Sequence record: OQ473815.1
Direction: 5' to 3' (one strand)
Length of the DNA stretch: 30,153 nucleotides
The translations under genes and the position numbers were made by a program. The notes beneath the pieces are model-generated. The model worked only from the letters and a program-made list of their open reading frames with translations, was not told the DNA's origin and ran no database searches. Shown in pieces: positions 16,433 to 26,189 of the stretch. Numbering within the stretch: position 1 is the stretch's first letter; the number at the start of each line of letters is the position of its first letter.

Positions 16433-17070
16433 TAGGCGTTATCTTAGCTCAAGGTAAGGGTCTCAGGTTAAGACCTATAACTAGGGTCATACCTAAGAAC
16501 CTCATCGTCATTAACGGTAAACCCATAATAGAACACCAGATCGATTACCTTCACAAATACGGTATCAATAACGTTTACGTCATAACGTCAGGCTATGAGA
16601 AGGTGTGGGAGAACTTCAGAAAAAGCCATGACGTCACGATCTTGTCTTCACCTGAACCGTTAGGTACCGCAGGTTGTTTGACTTTGCTCAACGTGAGCGA
16701 TGACATGATAGTCATGAACGGGGACGTCCTGACCACGATTGACCTAAACCAGTTAATCAGGTGTGACCAACAGTTCATAGGGTGTATCTCACTAGTTAAG
16801 ATGAGGTCACCGTACGGTATAGTGAAGGTTGAGAAGAACTACGTTGTTAGCTTTGAGGAGAAACCCTTGCTCCCTCATCTGATCAACGCCGGGGTGTACT
16901 ATTTCAGACCAGACGTGTTAGATCTAGTGAGCGAAGGTGACATGTTTGAGGATAAGGTGTTACCCATGCTCGCCTCTCTCAGGTTGTTAGGTTTCGTCAA
17001 TTACGATAACGTTGAGTGGAGGTCAATAGACTCAACTAAGGATATAGAAAGTGGTACTAGACCTCAATAG
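16429..17070 (+). CDS. Sugar-phosphate nucleotidyltransferase (NTP_transferase family)
   Basis: LAQGKGLRLRPIT..IPK, EPLGTAG, NGDV, FEEKP, INAGVY; no C-terminal LbH domain. Confidence 0.92.
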   Translation: MIGVILAQGKGLRLRPITRVIPKNLIVINGKPIIEHQIDYLHKYGINNVYVITSGYEKVWENFRKSHDVTILSSPEPLGTAGCLTLLNVSDDMIVMNGDVLTTIDLNQLIRCDQQFIGCISLVKMRSPYGIVKVEKNYVVSFEEKPLLPHLINAGVYYFRPDVLDLVSEGDMFEDKVLPMLASLRLLGFVNYDNVEWRSIDSTKDIESGTRPQ

Positions 17071-17716
17071 TGAAAGAGAACGGAAAAGACGTGGCTATAG
17101 GTAGTGTGATAGCCTGAGGGAACGTGTAGGTGTAGTTAGTACTACTAGACCCAACCGTCACAGTAAAGGTCAGAGTAGGTTGGACGCTCTCAGGACTTGA
17201 ACCATTATTGGACACGATATCAAGTACAGTAAGGTAACCACCTAACTGGAGTACTTGAATTGTACCACTCGGATTACTTGATATCGATGAACTGGAGTAA
17301 GTACCTTCAATGCCAGAGGTGAGAAGAGCAGAGACGAGACCAATGTTGTCAACTATCTCTATCTCCCACGTTATGGTGTAGCTATTACCTAGAACGAAGG
17401 TTAAGTTCGTAGAGACACTAGAGAAGTTACCAGAGAACCCATATATAGTAGTGTAAAGTTGAATGTTAAGTACCTGTATTGTAGGTCCGGAGTAAGTACC
17501 AGTTATTGTAATGGTGTTGCCAGATACGGAAAAAGTTGTGGTAATAACTATCTCGCCATTGAGAAGAAACCAATTACCATAAGTTGAGGTACCCTTATTG
17601 TTCTCTAGCATGTTAAAGAGAACTGATGAGACGTATTGATAATTAACATTATTATTAATAACTACCTTCTTTTCACCATCATCTATTATTACCCTACCCT
17701 TTATCATGGACTTCAC
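17057..17716 (-). CDS. Ser/Thr-rich beta protein, terminal-fibre paralogue
   Basis: KGRVII..NNVNY..VSSVL N-terminal motif; IQLY; YTITWEIEI. Confidence 0.82.
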   Translation of the reverse strand: MKSMIKGRVIIDDGEKKVVINNNVNYQYVSSVLFNMLENNKGTSTYGNWFLLNGEIVITTTFSVSGNTITITGTYSGPTIQVLNIQLYTTIYGFSGNFSSVSTNLTFVLGNSYTITWEIEIVDNIGLVSALLTSGIEGTYSSSSISSNPSGTIQVLQLGGYLTVLDIVSNNGSSPESVQPTLTFTVTVGSSSTNYTYTFPQAITLPIATSFPFSFTIEV

Positions 17717-18783
17717 GTTTGAGGTGTGAACACGAACGTGATGACGTATGGTAACACTCCACTAGTTGAGACTGTGAATTGAGGAACTGGTACTGTAAAG
17801 TAATAAGTAGATAGAGGTATGATAGAAATTAAATCCGGAGTTCCAGGTTCCCATATTACGCCCTGATCAGATGATCCAGCACGGTAATAAGGCGGTGAAA
17901 ATATAAATCCGTTTATTATAGTTCCTGAAGAAACTGACACTGAACTTGACATAGCTAAATATGCAGAATTGGAGTCAAAATACACTGAAAAAAAAGACGT
18001 ACCTTCTAAACTATTCAATGTAGTTGTAGATGGACCACTTGGTGTTACATACCCAAATATAATGTTACTATTTACTCCATTAAATAATATAACAGCCATA
18101 CTACCCTGATATACCGCATTAGGAACATAACCTCCAAGAGGAGTTGTATTATAAACACTCCATGCAAAATTAAGTATTGCATTAGTACCTTGAGTTAATC
18201 CAGTTATGTTAAATGAGATAAACCACGATACAGATATGTAAGTATCGCTTGTTTTCGTTATAGAAATGTTAGCAGTAGCAAAGTTTGGAACAGCACCTAT
18301 TGGGACATAATACATATTACTATTAGATGTAATACTAAATAATGATATATCTAACTGTATCTGGTTTGCAGTGTAACTAGCAGTTGTATTATCTACAGCT
18401 ATGAATAACCACACCCAACCAGTTAGAGTCTGTTGAAGTATAACGTACGCGTTAGCATTTAATGTTGTGACCGCAGATCCATTATTTAATAAAGTTATAG
18501 TATTATTTGGAGGTGTTATGTTACTACTAGTATCAGCATATTGTTGCGCCTCACTTGAGTAAACCCATGACAAGTAAAGCCACTGAGCAAGACCCTGTAC
18601 GTTAACTTGATTATGCGTTTCCTTCTTTTCTATTACGTTTTTTATTTTTGGAATATACACTTTAGTCAATTTACCCAGTACGGGAATGAACATCTCTTCC
18701 TCTTCTAACCCATAACCTCTCTGTACAACAACGTTACTCTTAACGCCAACGTTCCTCTTGACAGTCAATGCCATATTATCCAT
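17713..18783 (-). CDS. Terminal-fibre paralogue with AT-rich divergent region; candidate receptor-binding protein
   Basis: HNQVNVQGLAQWL, DNTTASYTANQIQL, ITKTSDTYISVSWFISF; ATG 18783 (or 18774) preferred. Confidence 0.8.
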   Translation of the reverse strand: MDNMALTVKRNVGVKSNVVVQRGYGLEEEEMFIPVLGKLTKVYIPKIKNVIEKKETHNQVNVQGLAQWLYLSWVYSSEAQQYADTSSNITPPNNTITLLNNGSAVTTLNANAYVILQQTLTGWVWLFIAVDNTTASYTANQIQLDISLFSITSNSNMYYVPIGAVPNFATANISITKTSDTYISVSWFISFNITGLTQGTNAILNFAWSVYNTTPLGGYVPNAVYQGSMAVILFNGVNSNIIFGYVTPSGPSTTTLNSLEGTSFFSVYFDSNSAYLAMSSSVSVSSGTIINGFIFSPPYYRAGSSDQGVIWEPGTPDLISIIPLSTYYFTVPVPQFTVSTSGVLPYVITFVFTPQT

Positions 18784-18800
18784 ATAGATAAAAGACCCTT

Positions 18801-19451
18801 TTAAATGTTTATTGTGACTTGAGCGGTTGCGGTACAACTTGAGGTACACACTGACGAAGTCTGGTTAACGTCATAAGTGTAAGAGTTAGAATAATTATCA
18901 GATATCGTTAAACTGTTAAACGTTATGCTTTGACATGAGGATAGGGAGTAAGAGAGCGTTATGATAGTCTGTTGAGCGGTGTACGAGTAAGATATCGTTG
19001 GAGTTACAGAGCTAGTACTTGACACTGTTGACTCACAGGTACCTGAGCTACTATTATACGTAGTTAAGGTGGCGGACGCGCTAACTGTGTAGGAGTAACC
19101 AGACACCCCACCAAGTATTAACATTATCTCATAAGCTAACCAACTCGGATTTCCACTTACGCTCACTTCAACTAAATAAGACAGTGACGTGTTGCTCTGT
19201 TTAGTTGCACTGTATGGTATAACGACGAAGTTAGTCTGACTGTAACCTATCACCAAAGTTGTAGCAGTGTAGCTAGCGTTACTTGCATCAGCAACGAGTA
19301 TGCCTAAGGTAGTTGAATTGATAAAACCTACGCTCACTTGCGCGGTGTGTTGATTACCCTCATTATCTATGAAGTAAGCTTGATAACCTGATAAGTTATT
19401 CTGAATAGCGTAATAGAACACCTCACCTGGCAACACTTGAGAAGAGGACAT
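18801..19451 (-). CDS. Ser/Thr-rich beta protein, terminal-fibre paralogue
   Basis: DASNASYTATTL, ATKQSNTSLSYLVEV; operon position. Confidence 0.82.
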   Translation of the reverse strand: MSSSQVLPGEVFYYAIQNNLSGYQAYFIDNEGNQHTAQVSVGFINSTTLGILVADASNASYTATTLVIGYSQTNFVVIPYSATKQSNTSLSYLVEVSVSGNPSWLAYEIMLILGGVSGYSYTVSASATLTTYNSSSGTCESTVSSTSSVTPTISYSYTAQQTIITLSYSLSSCQSITFNSLTISDNYSNSYTYDVNQTSSVCTSSCTATAQVTINI

Positions 19452-19482
19452 ATAGTAATCTCTCGTTTTTAGTTAAAAAGAG

Positions 19483-21072
19483 TTAGGTAAATGACAAGGT
19501 AAACGGTAGGTTAAGGACATTAGTGTTTTGAGCGGGAACTGGACCTTGTGAGACTGTGACTGATACCGTATCCTGTTGTGTATCTTGAGAGGGAACGATG
19601 CCTTGTGTGACGGTAACTGATACAGTATCCTGTTGCGTACCTTCACTTGAAACAGGGTAAGGATATGTGTACACGTTAACCTGATCGAATGAACCACCAG
19701 ATAGTGGAAAACATGACTGATAATCTACGTTTAGGACGTCAGTGTAACTCGTACCTGACACGCTAGTTTGTTCAGGCGGTATGGTACCACATATGTAGAA
19801 ACCTTGAGGTAAGGTTATGCCAAAGGCGTTAAGTATGGCGCTTATCTGTACCTCGTCACTCAAGTTCTCACTTGATATGGCAGACTCAGCGGTACTTGTG
19901 GGACTTGTACTGTCCTGTATCAGGAGTTGATACAACCCTAACAGCTTTGGCACTATGACAGCGGAGACGTTAAGGTTATCAGTTAAGGACTGTTGTAAGT
20001 TAGACAGGATGACACCGCCGTAGTAGGAGTTAGTGATCTGTGTCAGCATGTTCATTGCGTCAGACACTGTGACAGCTATCACGGTACCGCCCTTAAGTTG
20101 ACCTGGAGTAGGTGGTACTGGTTCTGACGCGCTAGATAACGAACCAGATATGGAGACGGACTGTGATTGTTTTTGTGTTAAGGAAACGCTAGTGTTAAGT
20201 GGAGTTGTTGCGTTAGGTACAGTCTTGGATATGTTGTGTGTGGCAACGCTACTACTGGACACGTCAGGGTAGAACGACTGTAAAGCGGTCTCTGTCAATA
20301 TACCAGCTAACATGCTAACGAAAGGACCCAAGATACCCTTAGCTAACATTCCCTTTATGCCAGACGAGAAGGCGGTAGCCCTAGAGAAGTTCTTTAATGT
20401 CTCCAACGCAACGTTATACCCTACAACCCTAGGAAAGGCAGTACCTAACCTAGTTGCCTCCTGTTTCGCTATGTTAATCGGTAAGTTAGGTAGGTCAGCT
20501 AACTGTTGGTAGATGGAGTTGAAGAAGTTAGAGACGGGAGTAAAGTCACTTGCTAGACTAGAGAAGAAGTTGACGATGTCAGCCCCAAAACCAGCTAAAG
20601 CGTTATAGAGGGAGTAGCCAACCTCAACTATGTCATTGAACACTGGAGCTAAGGCTTGAGCTAAGGTGACCAAAGCGTTCCACACCAAGTTACCTAGGTC
20701 AAGTAGCCCTTTCCTAAACCACTGGACGCCCTCAACTAACTTTTCAGCCATGTACACTCCAACGTTGTACAAAGCCTTCCCAACGTATTGGAACGCGCTC
20801 TCAATCCTTTGTAACCCAGCGTATATCGCACTACTGAGGTCATGGAACGCAGTTGAGAAGAACGAACCTATTATACCTAGACCGTACACAATCCCCTGAC
20901 CAACAGAGGTTATCGCACTCAACAGCTCACTTGGGATCTTACTTATGAAGTTAGCAACGTTACCGGCTAAAGACTCTATGCTCTTCCCAACGTTAACTAT
21001 GTTGCCAGCAGTGTTAGAGAAAAAAGAAGCTACACCGCTCGCCGAGTTTAGTAAGTTAGATATGAAGCTCAT
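19483..21072 (-). CDS. 529-aa structural protein with tape-measure-like amphipathic helical N-terminal half
   Basis: Long Ala/Gly/Ser/aromatic periodic helices in residues ~1-260; S/T/Q-rich beta C-terminus. Confidence 0.85.
   Translation of the reverse strand: MSFISNLLNSASGVASFFSNTAGNIVNVGKSIESLAGNVANFISKIPSELLSAITSVGQGIVYGLGIIGSFFSTAFHDLSSAIYAGLQRIESAFQYVGKALYNVGVYMAEKLVEGVQWFRKGLLDLGNLVWNALVTLAQALAPVFNDIVEVGYSLYNALAGFGADIVNFFSSLASDFTPVSNFFNSIYQQLADLPNLPINIAKQEATRLGTAFPRVVGYNVALETLKNFSRATAFSSGIKGMLAKGILGPFVSMLAGILTETALQSFYPDVSSSSVATHNISKTVPNATTPLNTSVSLTQKQSQSVSISGSLSSASEPVPPTPGQLKGGTVIAVTVSDAMNMLTQITNSYYGGVILSNLQQSLTDNLNVSAVIVPKLLGLYQLLIQDSTSPTSTAESAISSENLSDEVQISAILNAFGITLPQGFYICGTIPPEQTSVSGTSYTDVLNVDYQSCFPLSGGSFDQVNVYTYPYPVSSEGTQQDTVSVTVTQGIVPSQDTQQDTVSVTVSQGPVPAQNTNVLNLPFTLSFT
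19525..19638 (-). repeat. 57-bp (19-aa) tandem duplication in the C-terminus of the 529-aa protein
   Basis: TQQDTVSVTVTQGIVPSQD / TQQDTVSVTVSQGPVPAQN. Confidence 0.9.
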
Positions 21073-21076
21073 AGTC

Positions 21077-21955
21077 TCACGGGTATGAAGAACTTGAACT
21101 CTGTATGTCTCCGGACATGTTGAAGTTAACAGTTAAGACAACTTCATTACTAGGTATGCTACCGTCAACCAAAGCGTATGGTACACCACCAATACCGTAA
21201 TAGGCTATAGCGTAATTGTAACCGGAGACGGGAAGAGTTGAATTGGATATGAACTGGAGTTTTTTATATGCAATCGGTTGATAATCATTAGTAACTATAA
21301 CGTACTGTAAACCTTGAAGATTGTATGGTGTACCACTACTCTGAAAGAGAGAATAAAACGGTGAGTTATTAGGGTAGCTAGATACAGGTATAACCAAAAG
21401 GTTAATTACATACTGTATGATGTTCTCATTACCTGAGTAACCAGTGAACAACCCGTTTATGCAAGAGTTAAGACCTAAACTTGTGTGTAAACATACCTCC
21501 TTATTATCGTTACACCATTTAGCACACATTAGCTTAACGTTGTTCTGTATCTGATTGGGAGAGTCACTAGTAACAACGTCAGAGAAAGACCACTCGATAG
21601 TTAACTCACCAGTGTTCTTACCGGACGTTGAGATGATAGAGATCATGTAGTTACCAGTACCTATCTCTATCGTGTCAAAAGAGTACCCAGTATTTGAGGT
21701 GGATGTACCTGTTGCAACAAGCTCAAGAGAGTTCCCGTTCTCGTTCACGTAAATTACGTTCATTGGTATCATGTCAACCTGTTGACCTTGATAATAGACG
21801 TAAGCGTAAAGGCTATGTACAGGTGTTACTGTACCACCGTTAAGTAAGTAGTTTAGAAGTAGAGATATGAACTCACCTGTGATGTCATTATGTCCAACCA
21901 CTATGTTTGAACCCATGTCTATCTCGTAATTACTTTTAGCTCTGATTAGTCCCAT
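21077..21955 (-). CDS. Terminal-fibre paralogue with internal Cys cluster
   Basis: GHNDITGEFISLLL, GYSFDTIEI, SGKNTGELTIEWSF; ATG 21955 with GGTG RBS. Confidence 0.82.
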   Translation of the reverse strand: MGLIRAKSNYEIDMGSNIVVGHNDITGEFISLLLNYLLNGGTVTPVHSLYAYVYYQGQQVDMIPMNVIYVNENGNSLELVATGTSTSNTGYSFDTIEIGTGNYMISIISTSGKNTGELTIEWSFSDVVTSDSPNQIQNNVKLMCAKWCNDNKEVCLHTSLGLNSCINGLFTGYSGNENIIQYVINLLVIPVSSYPNNSPFYSLFQSSGTPYNLQGLQYVIVTNDYQPIAYKKLQFISNSTLPVSGYNYAIAYYGIGGVPYALVDGSIPSNEVVLTVNFNMSGDIQSSSSSYP

Positions 21956-22967
21956 TTGAGACACCCAAGTTTTGTAAGGTTGTAGGTCCATAAGGTACCT
22001 TTAACGCTATTCCTATCTGGTTTAACCCAGTTATGGTAACCCCTGATATTGGGTAACCGGCAGATAAATAAACTGGATGTGATGACATTGGCATTAGGCT
22101 CAACACCGCTACATTATTTGGAGGTGAACTCGTGTTCACAAGGAAATTATATGACCCATAAACGTTATTCACACCCTGTGTAACCTGTCCTGAGACGTAT
22201 CCGTTGTAAGGTTGATATTGACCTAAAACGTTACCACAGTTATCAAGCGCTAGAATAACGTATATACCAGCAGGTGGATTATTGTTACCGGACGGTGGGG
22301 TAAGGAAACACCCTATTGGTGAGTTGCTCACGTTCGATTGAACGCTAGGTATCAAAAGCACCGCCCACACCGCATTAAGGAACGAACCTTGACAAGCTAC
22401 AGCGCTATACTTGGAAAGCGTTGATGAGAGGTTATTAGTTGAAGTACAGCTCTGTGTCAAAATGCCTGACGCGTTAACGAAGGGAGAACCTGTGGTTATT
22501 GACTCTGACCACGTCACGGTAACTATGTCACTCGTGTCCTTAGTTAAGGGTTGTTGTAGAGTGACCTGAGCGACTAAGAGAGAGAGCGAACCGTTGTTCA
22601 CAGTGTAGAGTTCAAGTTGATTGAAGGTGTAAGATGTGGGCGTTGCGTCACTACCAGAGAACTGGACCTGTGTAACGTGTGTTGTGGTAACGTTATCTGA
22701 AAACGATGACGTGGTCATCTGTATTTGGTTCACAACCGTACCGTTATTGAGGAAAACTACAGCTATCCCTGTAGGTTGTAAGTAGCTAGACTGGACTAGA
22801 CCCTGATACTGTGTTGTAGGAAGTGTAGGAGGAGAGGAGAAACCGTAAAGGTAGCCAACTATCAATGCGCTAGCGAATTCAGGTGACACGTCATTCTTCA
22901 CATCAACCTCCCTTTTCCCTATCTTGATGTTAACTTTACCGGAAAGCCGTATGTTATCCTTTTGCAT
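21936..22967 (-). CDS. Terminal-fibre paralogue, 343 aa
   Basis: LSGKVNIKI..KNDVSPEFASAL, DATPTSYTFNQLELY, LTKDTSDIVTVTWSESI. Confidence 0.87.
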   Translation of the reverse strand: MQKDNIRLSGKVNIKIGKREVDVKNDVSPEFASALIVGYLYGFSSPPTLPTTQYQGLVQSSYLQPTGIAVVFLNNGTVVNQIQMTTSSFSDNVTTTHVTQVQFSGSDATPTSYTFNQLELYTVNNGSLSLLVAQVTLQQPLTKDTSDIVTVTWSESITTGSPFVNASGILTQSCTSTNNLSSTLSKYSAVACQGSFLNAVWAVLLIPSVQSNVSNSPIGCFLTPPSGNNNPPAGIYVILALDNCGNVLGQYQPYNGYVSGQVTQGVNNVYGSYNFLVNTSSPPNNVAVLSLMPMSSHPVYLSAGYPISGVTITGLNQIGIALKVPYGPTTLQNLGVSNGTNQS

Positions 22968-23002
22968 AAATGTAAATAGATACGAGGATTAATAACCCTT
23001 TT

Positions 23003-23716
23003 TCATGACGAGAAAGCGAACCCTATCTGTACGTATTGTACTTCATTTGTACTAGAAGGAATAACGTTATTTGAATACGAGATCACATCGTAGTTATCAA
23101 AAGCCACACTTATGGATATCTGAGTTGGAGTACTTACCTGAAAGAAGAAAACTAATGGGTTGTTAACCTGTTGTACGGTAGGGGTTGGACTAGCGGTTAT
23201 TGAAGGTGAAGCCTGAGTAGGTGGGGTAGTAAGGGATATGGGAGCGGTGAAGTAACCCAACACGTTAAACAGATTCGTTACGTTAACGCTAAACTGAAAG
23301 GTACCAGAAGGAATACTACTCAGTTCATACTGTATAGTCCACACTACAGCAACCTGTCCAGTGAAGGAGACAGAGACCGTAGGCGTGTAAGTTGAGATGA
23401 GGGTTGAACCCTGACTGTTAACGGTATAAAGCTCAAGTGATGTAAACTGTTGGTTAACAACGTAAGTAACCTGTAGGGTAGCAACGTTGTTCTGTACGTT
23501 AAAAGTAACCTTCTGTGGGTTGTAAACAATGTTATTGGGTTGAGTTACCAAGGTCACGTTAGTTGCAGGAGGTACCTCACCTAAAAGTATACTGGACAGG
23601 TAAGATATGTAATCGTTAGATATGGTGTTGTGTTCCAACGACCTCAAAGCGTTACCGTCAGTTATAAGAACGTAACCTTTAACCTTGACTTTACCAATTG
23701 CTCTCACTAGGCTCAC
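23003..23716 (-). CDS. Terminal-fibre paralogue, 237 aa
   Basis: VKGYVLI..HNTISNDYISYLSSIL, FTSLELYTVN, VAVVWTIQY. Confidence 0.85.
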   Translation of the reverse strand: MSLVRAIGKVKVKGYVLITDGNALRSLEHNTISNDYISYLSSILLGEVPPATNVTLVTQPNNIVYNPQKVTFNVQNNVATLQVTYVVNQQFTSLELYTVNSQGSTLISTYTPTVSVSFTGQVAVVWTIQYELSSIPSGTFQFSVNVTNLFNVLGYFTAPISLTTPPTQASPSITASPTPTVQQVNNPLVFFFQVSTPTQISISVAFDNYDVISYSNNVIPSSTNEVQYVQIGFAFSS

Positions 23717-24050
23717 CGTTAATTAGCGCTATGCCCACCTTAACGTCACCGTTCTCGTTACGATAGCCCTTCACGACCATCTTATCGTTAGTGAAGTTCT
23801 TCTCCACCTCAAGTTGAGAGAAGACTACCCTCAACTCCATCTTCTTTATTGGGGGTTGGACGGGCAAAGGTTCACTGTAACATATTATGTCCTCCTTCAC
23901 CTTCTCGCACCTAGCGAACTTCACGTTAGTCTGACCAGTCTGAGCCAACCCGTTAAGGAAAGTGACCATACTGAGCCAATAGACGGGTTGTCCCTCACTC
24001 ATGTCAACGGTTGAGAACATCTTCTTTAATAGGTCCTGATTTACGCTCAT
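23691..24050 (-). CDS. Hypothetical protein, 119 aa
   Basis: ATGA-coupled within the structural operon. Confidence 0.78.
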   Translation of the reverse strand: MSVNQDLLKKMFSTVDMSEGQPVYWLSMVTFLNGLAQTGQTNVKFARCEKVKEDIICYSEPLPVQPPIKKMELRVVFSQLEVEKNFTNDKMVVKGYRNENGDVKVGIALINGEPSESNW

Positions 24051-24316
24051 AAGGCACCACCGTTAACTAATATAAGGAGAGAACCAGTGAACTGGAGGAC
24101 GCCGATCGGATCCTTCATGAAGTTGTTGTACAAAATCTGAACGTAACTTGACGCTAGCTTAAGGTACCTGTATATGTATTCGAAAGCCACCTTAATGTAA
24201 TGCATGAACCTCCTCACGAACTTACCAAGCTCATAGACTATCATGTCAAACGCAGAAGATATGGACGTAGCTATACCGCCTATTCCGTTAGCTACCTGGT
24301 TTATTATACCGGACAT
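24047..24316 (-). CDS. Amphipathic helical protein with C-terminal hydrophobic segment, 89 aa
   Basis: First gene of the minus-strand structural operon. Confidence 0.78.
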   Translation of the reverse strand: MSGIINQVANGIGGIATSISSAFDMIVYELGKFVRRFMHYIKVAFEYIYRYLKLASSYVQILYNNFMKDPIGVLQFTGSLLILVNGGAL

Positions 24317-24398
24317 AAGATATAGTGGTAAGGAGAATTATTATACTTTACTCATGAAGACCAAACATTATTTAAACTAGAGTAAACCACATAATGTT

Positions 24399-24605
24399 AT
24401 GGACTGGGAACTAGAGGAACTAAACGAAGAGGACCGCAAAAAGCTCGAACAACTGATAGAACAAAAGGGTTCCCTCGTTGAGGCTATCTCGTTCTTGCTC
24501 AAGTGTTGTGACGACAAAGAGTACGCGAAACAGATACTTTCCATGATGTTCTCAAACAAACCGTTACTTATGAACTTCTTAAAGACGAACTACAAGGAAC
24601 GGTAA
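24399..24605 (+). CDS. Small helical protein, 68 aa
   Basis: TATTTAAA at 24369-24376 before a leaderless ATG. Confidence 0.75.
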   Translation: MDWELEELNEEDRKKLEQLIEQKGSLVEAISFLLKCCDDKEYAKQILSMMFSNKPLLMNFLKTNYKER

Positions 24606-24889
24606 TTAAGGTATAGCCCCCAAGCCAAGTAGACGAGAAATGGAACTAACCAAAAGGGAGAGAATTGCCTCACAAGGAAATAGACTGAAAGCGAGAGGGA
24701 AGAGAGACACATAGACACTAGAAGGAGAGAGATAGAAACGCCTTGCCTTATTGAAAAGTAGACCTCATAAGCTATCCAAGGTATGAAAAAGAGGTAATAA
24801 GGGTAGTGATAATCACCAGCCATAACTAGAAACATGACTAGGACGAGACCGTAAGCGAACCTCAGCTCATGATTACCATACTTTGGCAT
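24590..24889 (-). CDS. Polytopic membrane protein, 99 aa (about 3 TM)
   Basis: Several long aromatic/hydrophobic segments; AAGGG RBS-like site. Confidence 0.72.
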   Translation of the reverse strand: MPKYGNHELRFAYGLVLVMFLVMAGDYHYPYYLFFIPWIAYEVYFSIRQGVSISLLLVSMCLSSLSLSVYFLVRQFSPFWLVPFLVYLAWGLYLNYRSL

Positions 24890-25161
24890 ACCCTTTTATT
24901 TAATAACTTAGCTATACTTATATTCCTTTTCCTAAGCTCAACCTCAACGTTATGAGGTAACGTAACGTTTACAGTAACGTAAGATGACCCGTTCCTAACC
25001 CAACCTATCGATTTCCTTCCCTTTCTACTACTAACCTTAGGTATGGGTAAACCTAGCTCCTTAGATATCTCCCTCCTTATCACCTCAGGTACTGACGTGT
25101 TGAGTTGGTCAGCCATGCCCTTAAGTTTCAGATATACGTCATACTTGATCGTTACTATCAT
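24862..25161 (-). CDS. Tandem RHH DNA-binding protein, 99 aa
   Basis: MIVTIKYDVYLKLKGMADQLNTSVPEVIRREI and VTVNVTLPHNVEVELRKRNISIAKLL. Confidence 0.8.
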   Translation of the reverse strand: MIVTIKYDVYLKLKGMADQLNTSVPEVIRREISKELGLPIPKVSSRKGRKSIGWVRNGSSYVTVNVTLPHNVEVELRKRNISIAKLLNKRVCQSMVIMS

Positions 25162-25242
25162 ATGTGACTTTATGAAAAACCAAAATAAATACATTTCTAC
25201 ATTAAGACAAAGTTTAAAACCATGTTCAACAGTAACAGTATT

Positions 25243-25659
25243 ATGTATCCACAAGTGTGTGTAACGCCAACTGGTAATACAGTGATCAAGGAAAGTTACG
25301 ATAAGTCTTTCCTGTTCTGTACTGACAACCTGGACGTGTTGGAGGCTTACAAAAAGATAAACAAGTATGACAACCTCACAAAGCTCCAGTTACTCGTTAG
25401 GTTAGCCTTCAATGCGGGTAAGTTCATAAACGTTGAGGGACCCGATCTCACACATAAGGAAAGCATCGCACTACTTTTAGGAAAGGCTTACGCGTCAGGA
25501 CAGAAAATCAAGGTCCACGATAATAACTACACGTATAAGATAGAGGAGATCTCAACGATACCTGAGGTAGAGATGTTCGTCTCATATTGCATAGGTCTAA
25601 TCTTAACTACAAACAAGACGTGTTACGAGTTCGGTTTGGTGAAGGAGGAAAGGAACTGA
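25243..25659 (+). CDS. Hypothetical protein, 138 aa
   Basis: TTTAAAA at 25213-25219; ATG 25243 preferred. Confidence 0.78.
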   Translation: MYPQVCVTPTGNTVIKESYDKSFLFCTDNLDVLEAYKKINKYDNLTKLQLLVRLAFNAGKFINVEGPDLTHKESIALLLGKAYASGQKIKVHDNNYTYKIEEISTIPEVEMFVSYCIGLILTTNKTCYEFGLVKEERN

Positions 25660-25973
25660 TGTTAAGGTGTGGTTACGCAGGGTCAAAGAAGGTGTTGTTC
25701 ATACCTAGGATAATACAAGACCAGTTCAATAAAGGTGACATATACTCAGTTATGGTAAGAGATGGTATAGTATCGCTCAAATGCATATCCGTAGCGGGGA
25801 GACTAGTACTGTACATACCAACAGCGTTAGAGGAGTTGTTTAAGGAGAACGAAAGGTACACGCTAGTCCCTTACGTATATAGGACTTACAACGTCAGATC
25901 CAGTAAGGAGGGCGAACTCACGAAGGGAGAAAACGTGAAAACCGCTAGAGTAAAGCGGATAAAACCTAAATAA
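25659..25973 (+). CDS. Tandem AbrB/SpoVT-like swapped-hairpin DNA-binding protein
   Basis: GSKKVLFIPRIIQDQFNKGD and GRLVLYIPTALEELFKENE repeats; TGATG coupling, GGAGG upstream. Confidence 0.7.
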   Translation: MLRCGYAGSKKVLFIPRIIQDQFNKGDIYSVMVRDGIVSLKCISVAGRLVLYIPTALEELFKENERYTLVPYVYRTYNVRSSKEGELTKGENVKTARVKRIKPK

Positions 25974-26189
25974 GGAGAGTATGAACTCCCTTTCGTCAAT
26001 CTCATCAGATAGGTAACGGTCAATCAGTATCAAGACCTCTTCCTTCCTCTTGCTCCTCACGCTCTCAAACGCTTCACGCAACATGAGGTTCCAAACCACC
26101 ACAAACTGAGCCTTTATCGATTCTCTCACGTACCCCTTAACGTTACCAAAAAACAAAAACGTTAACCTTATGAAGGTTATTAACTTCAA
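25863..26189 (-). CDS. Possible hypothetical protein; start uncertain
   Basis: Fills the gap downstream of 26195-26566 but overlaps the convergent gene by 111 nt; TTG start. Confidence 0.4.
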   Translation of the reverse strand: MKLITFIRLTFLFFGNVKGYVRESIKAQFVVVWNLMLREAFESVRSKRKEEVLILIDRYLSDEIDEREFILSLFRFYPLYSSGFHVFSLREFALLTGSDVVSPIYVRD

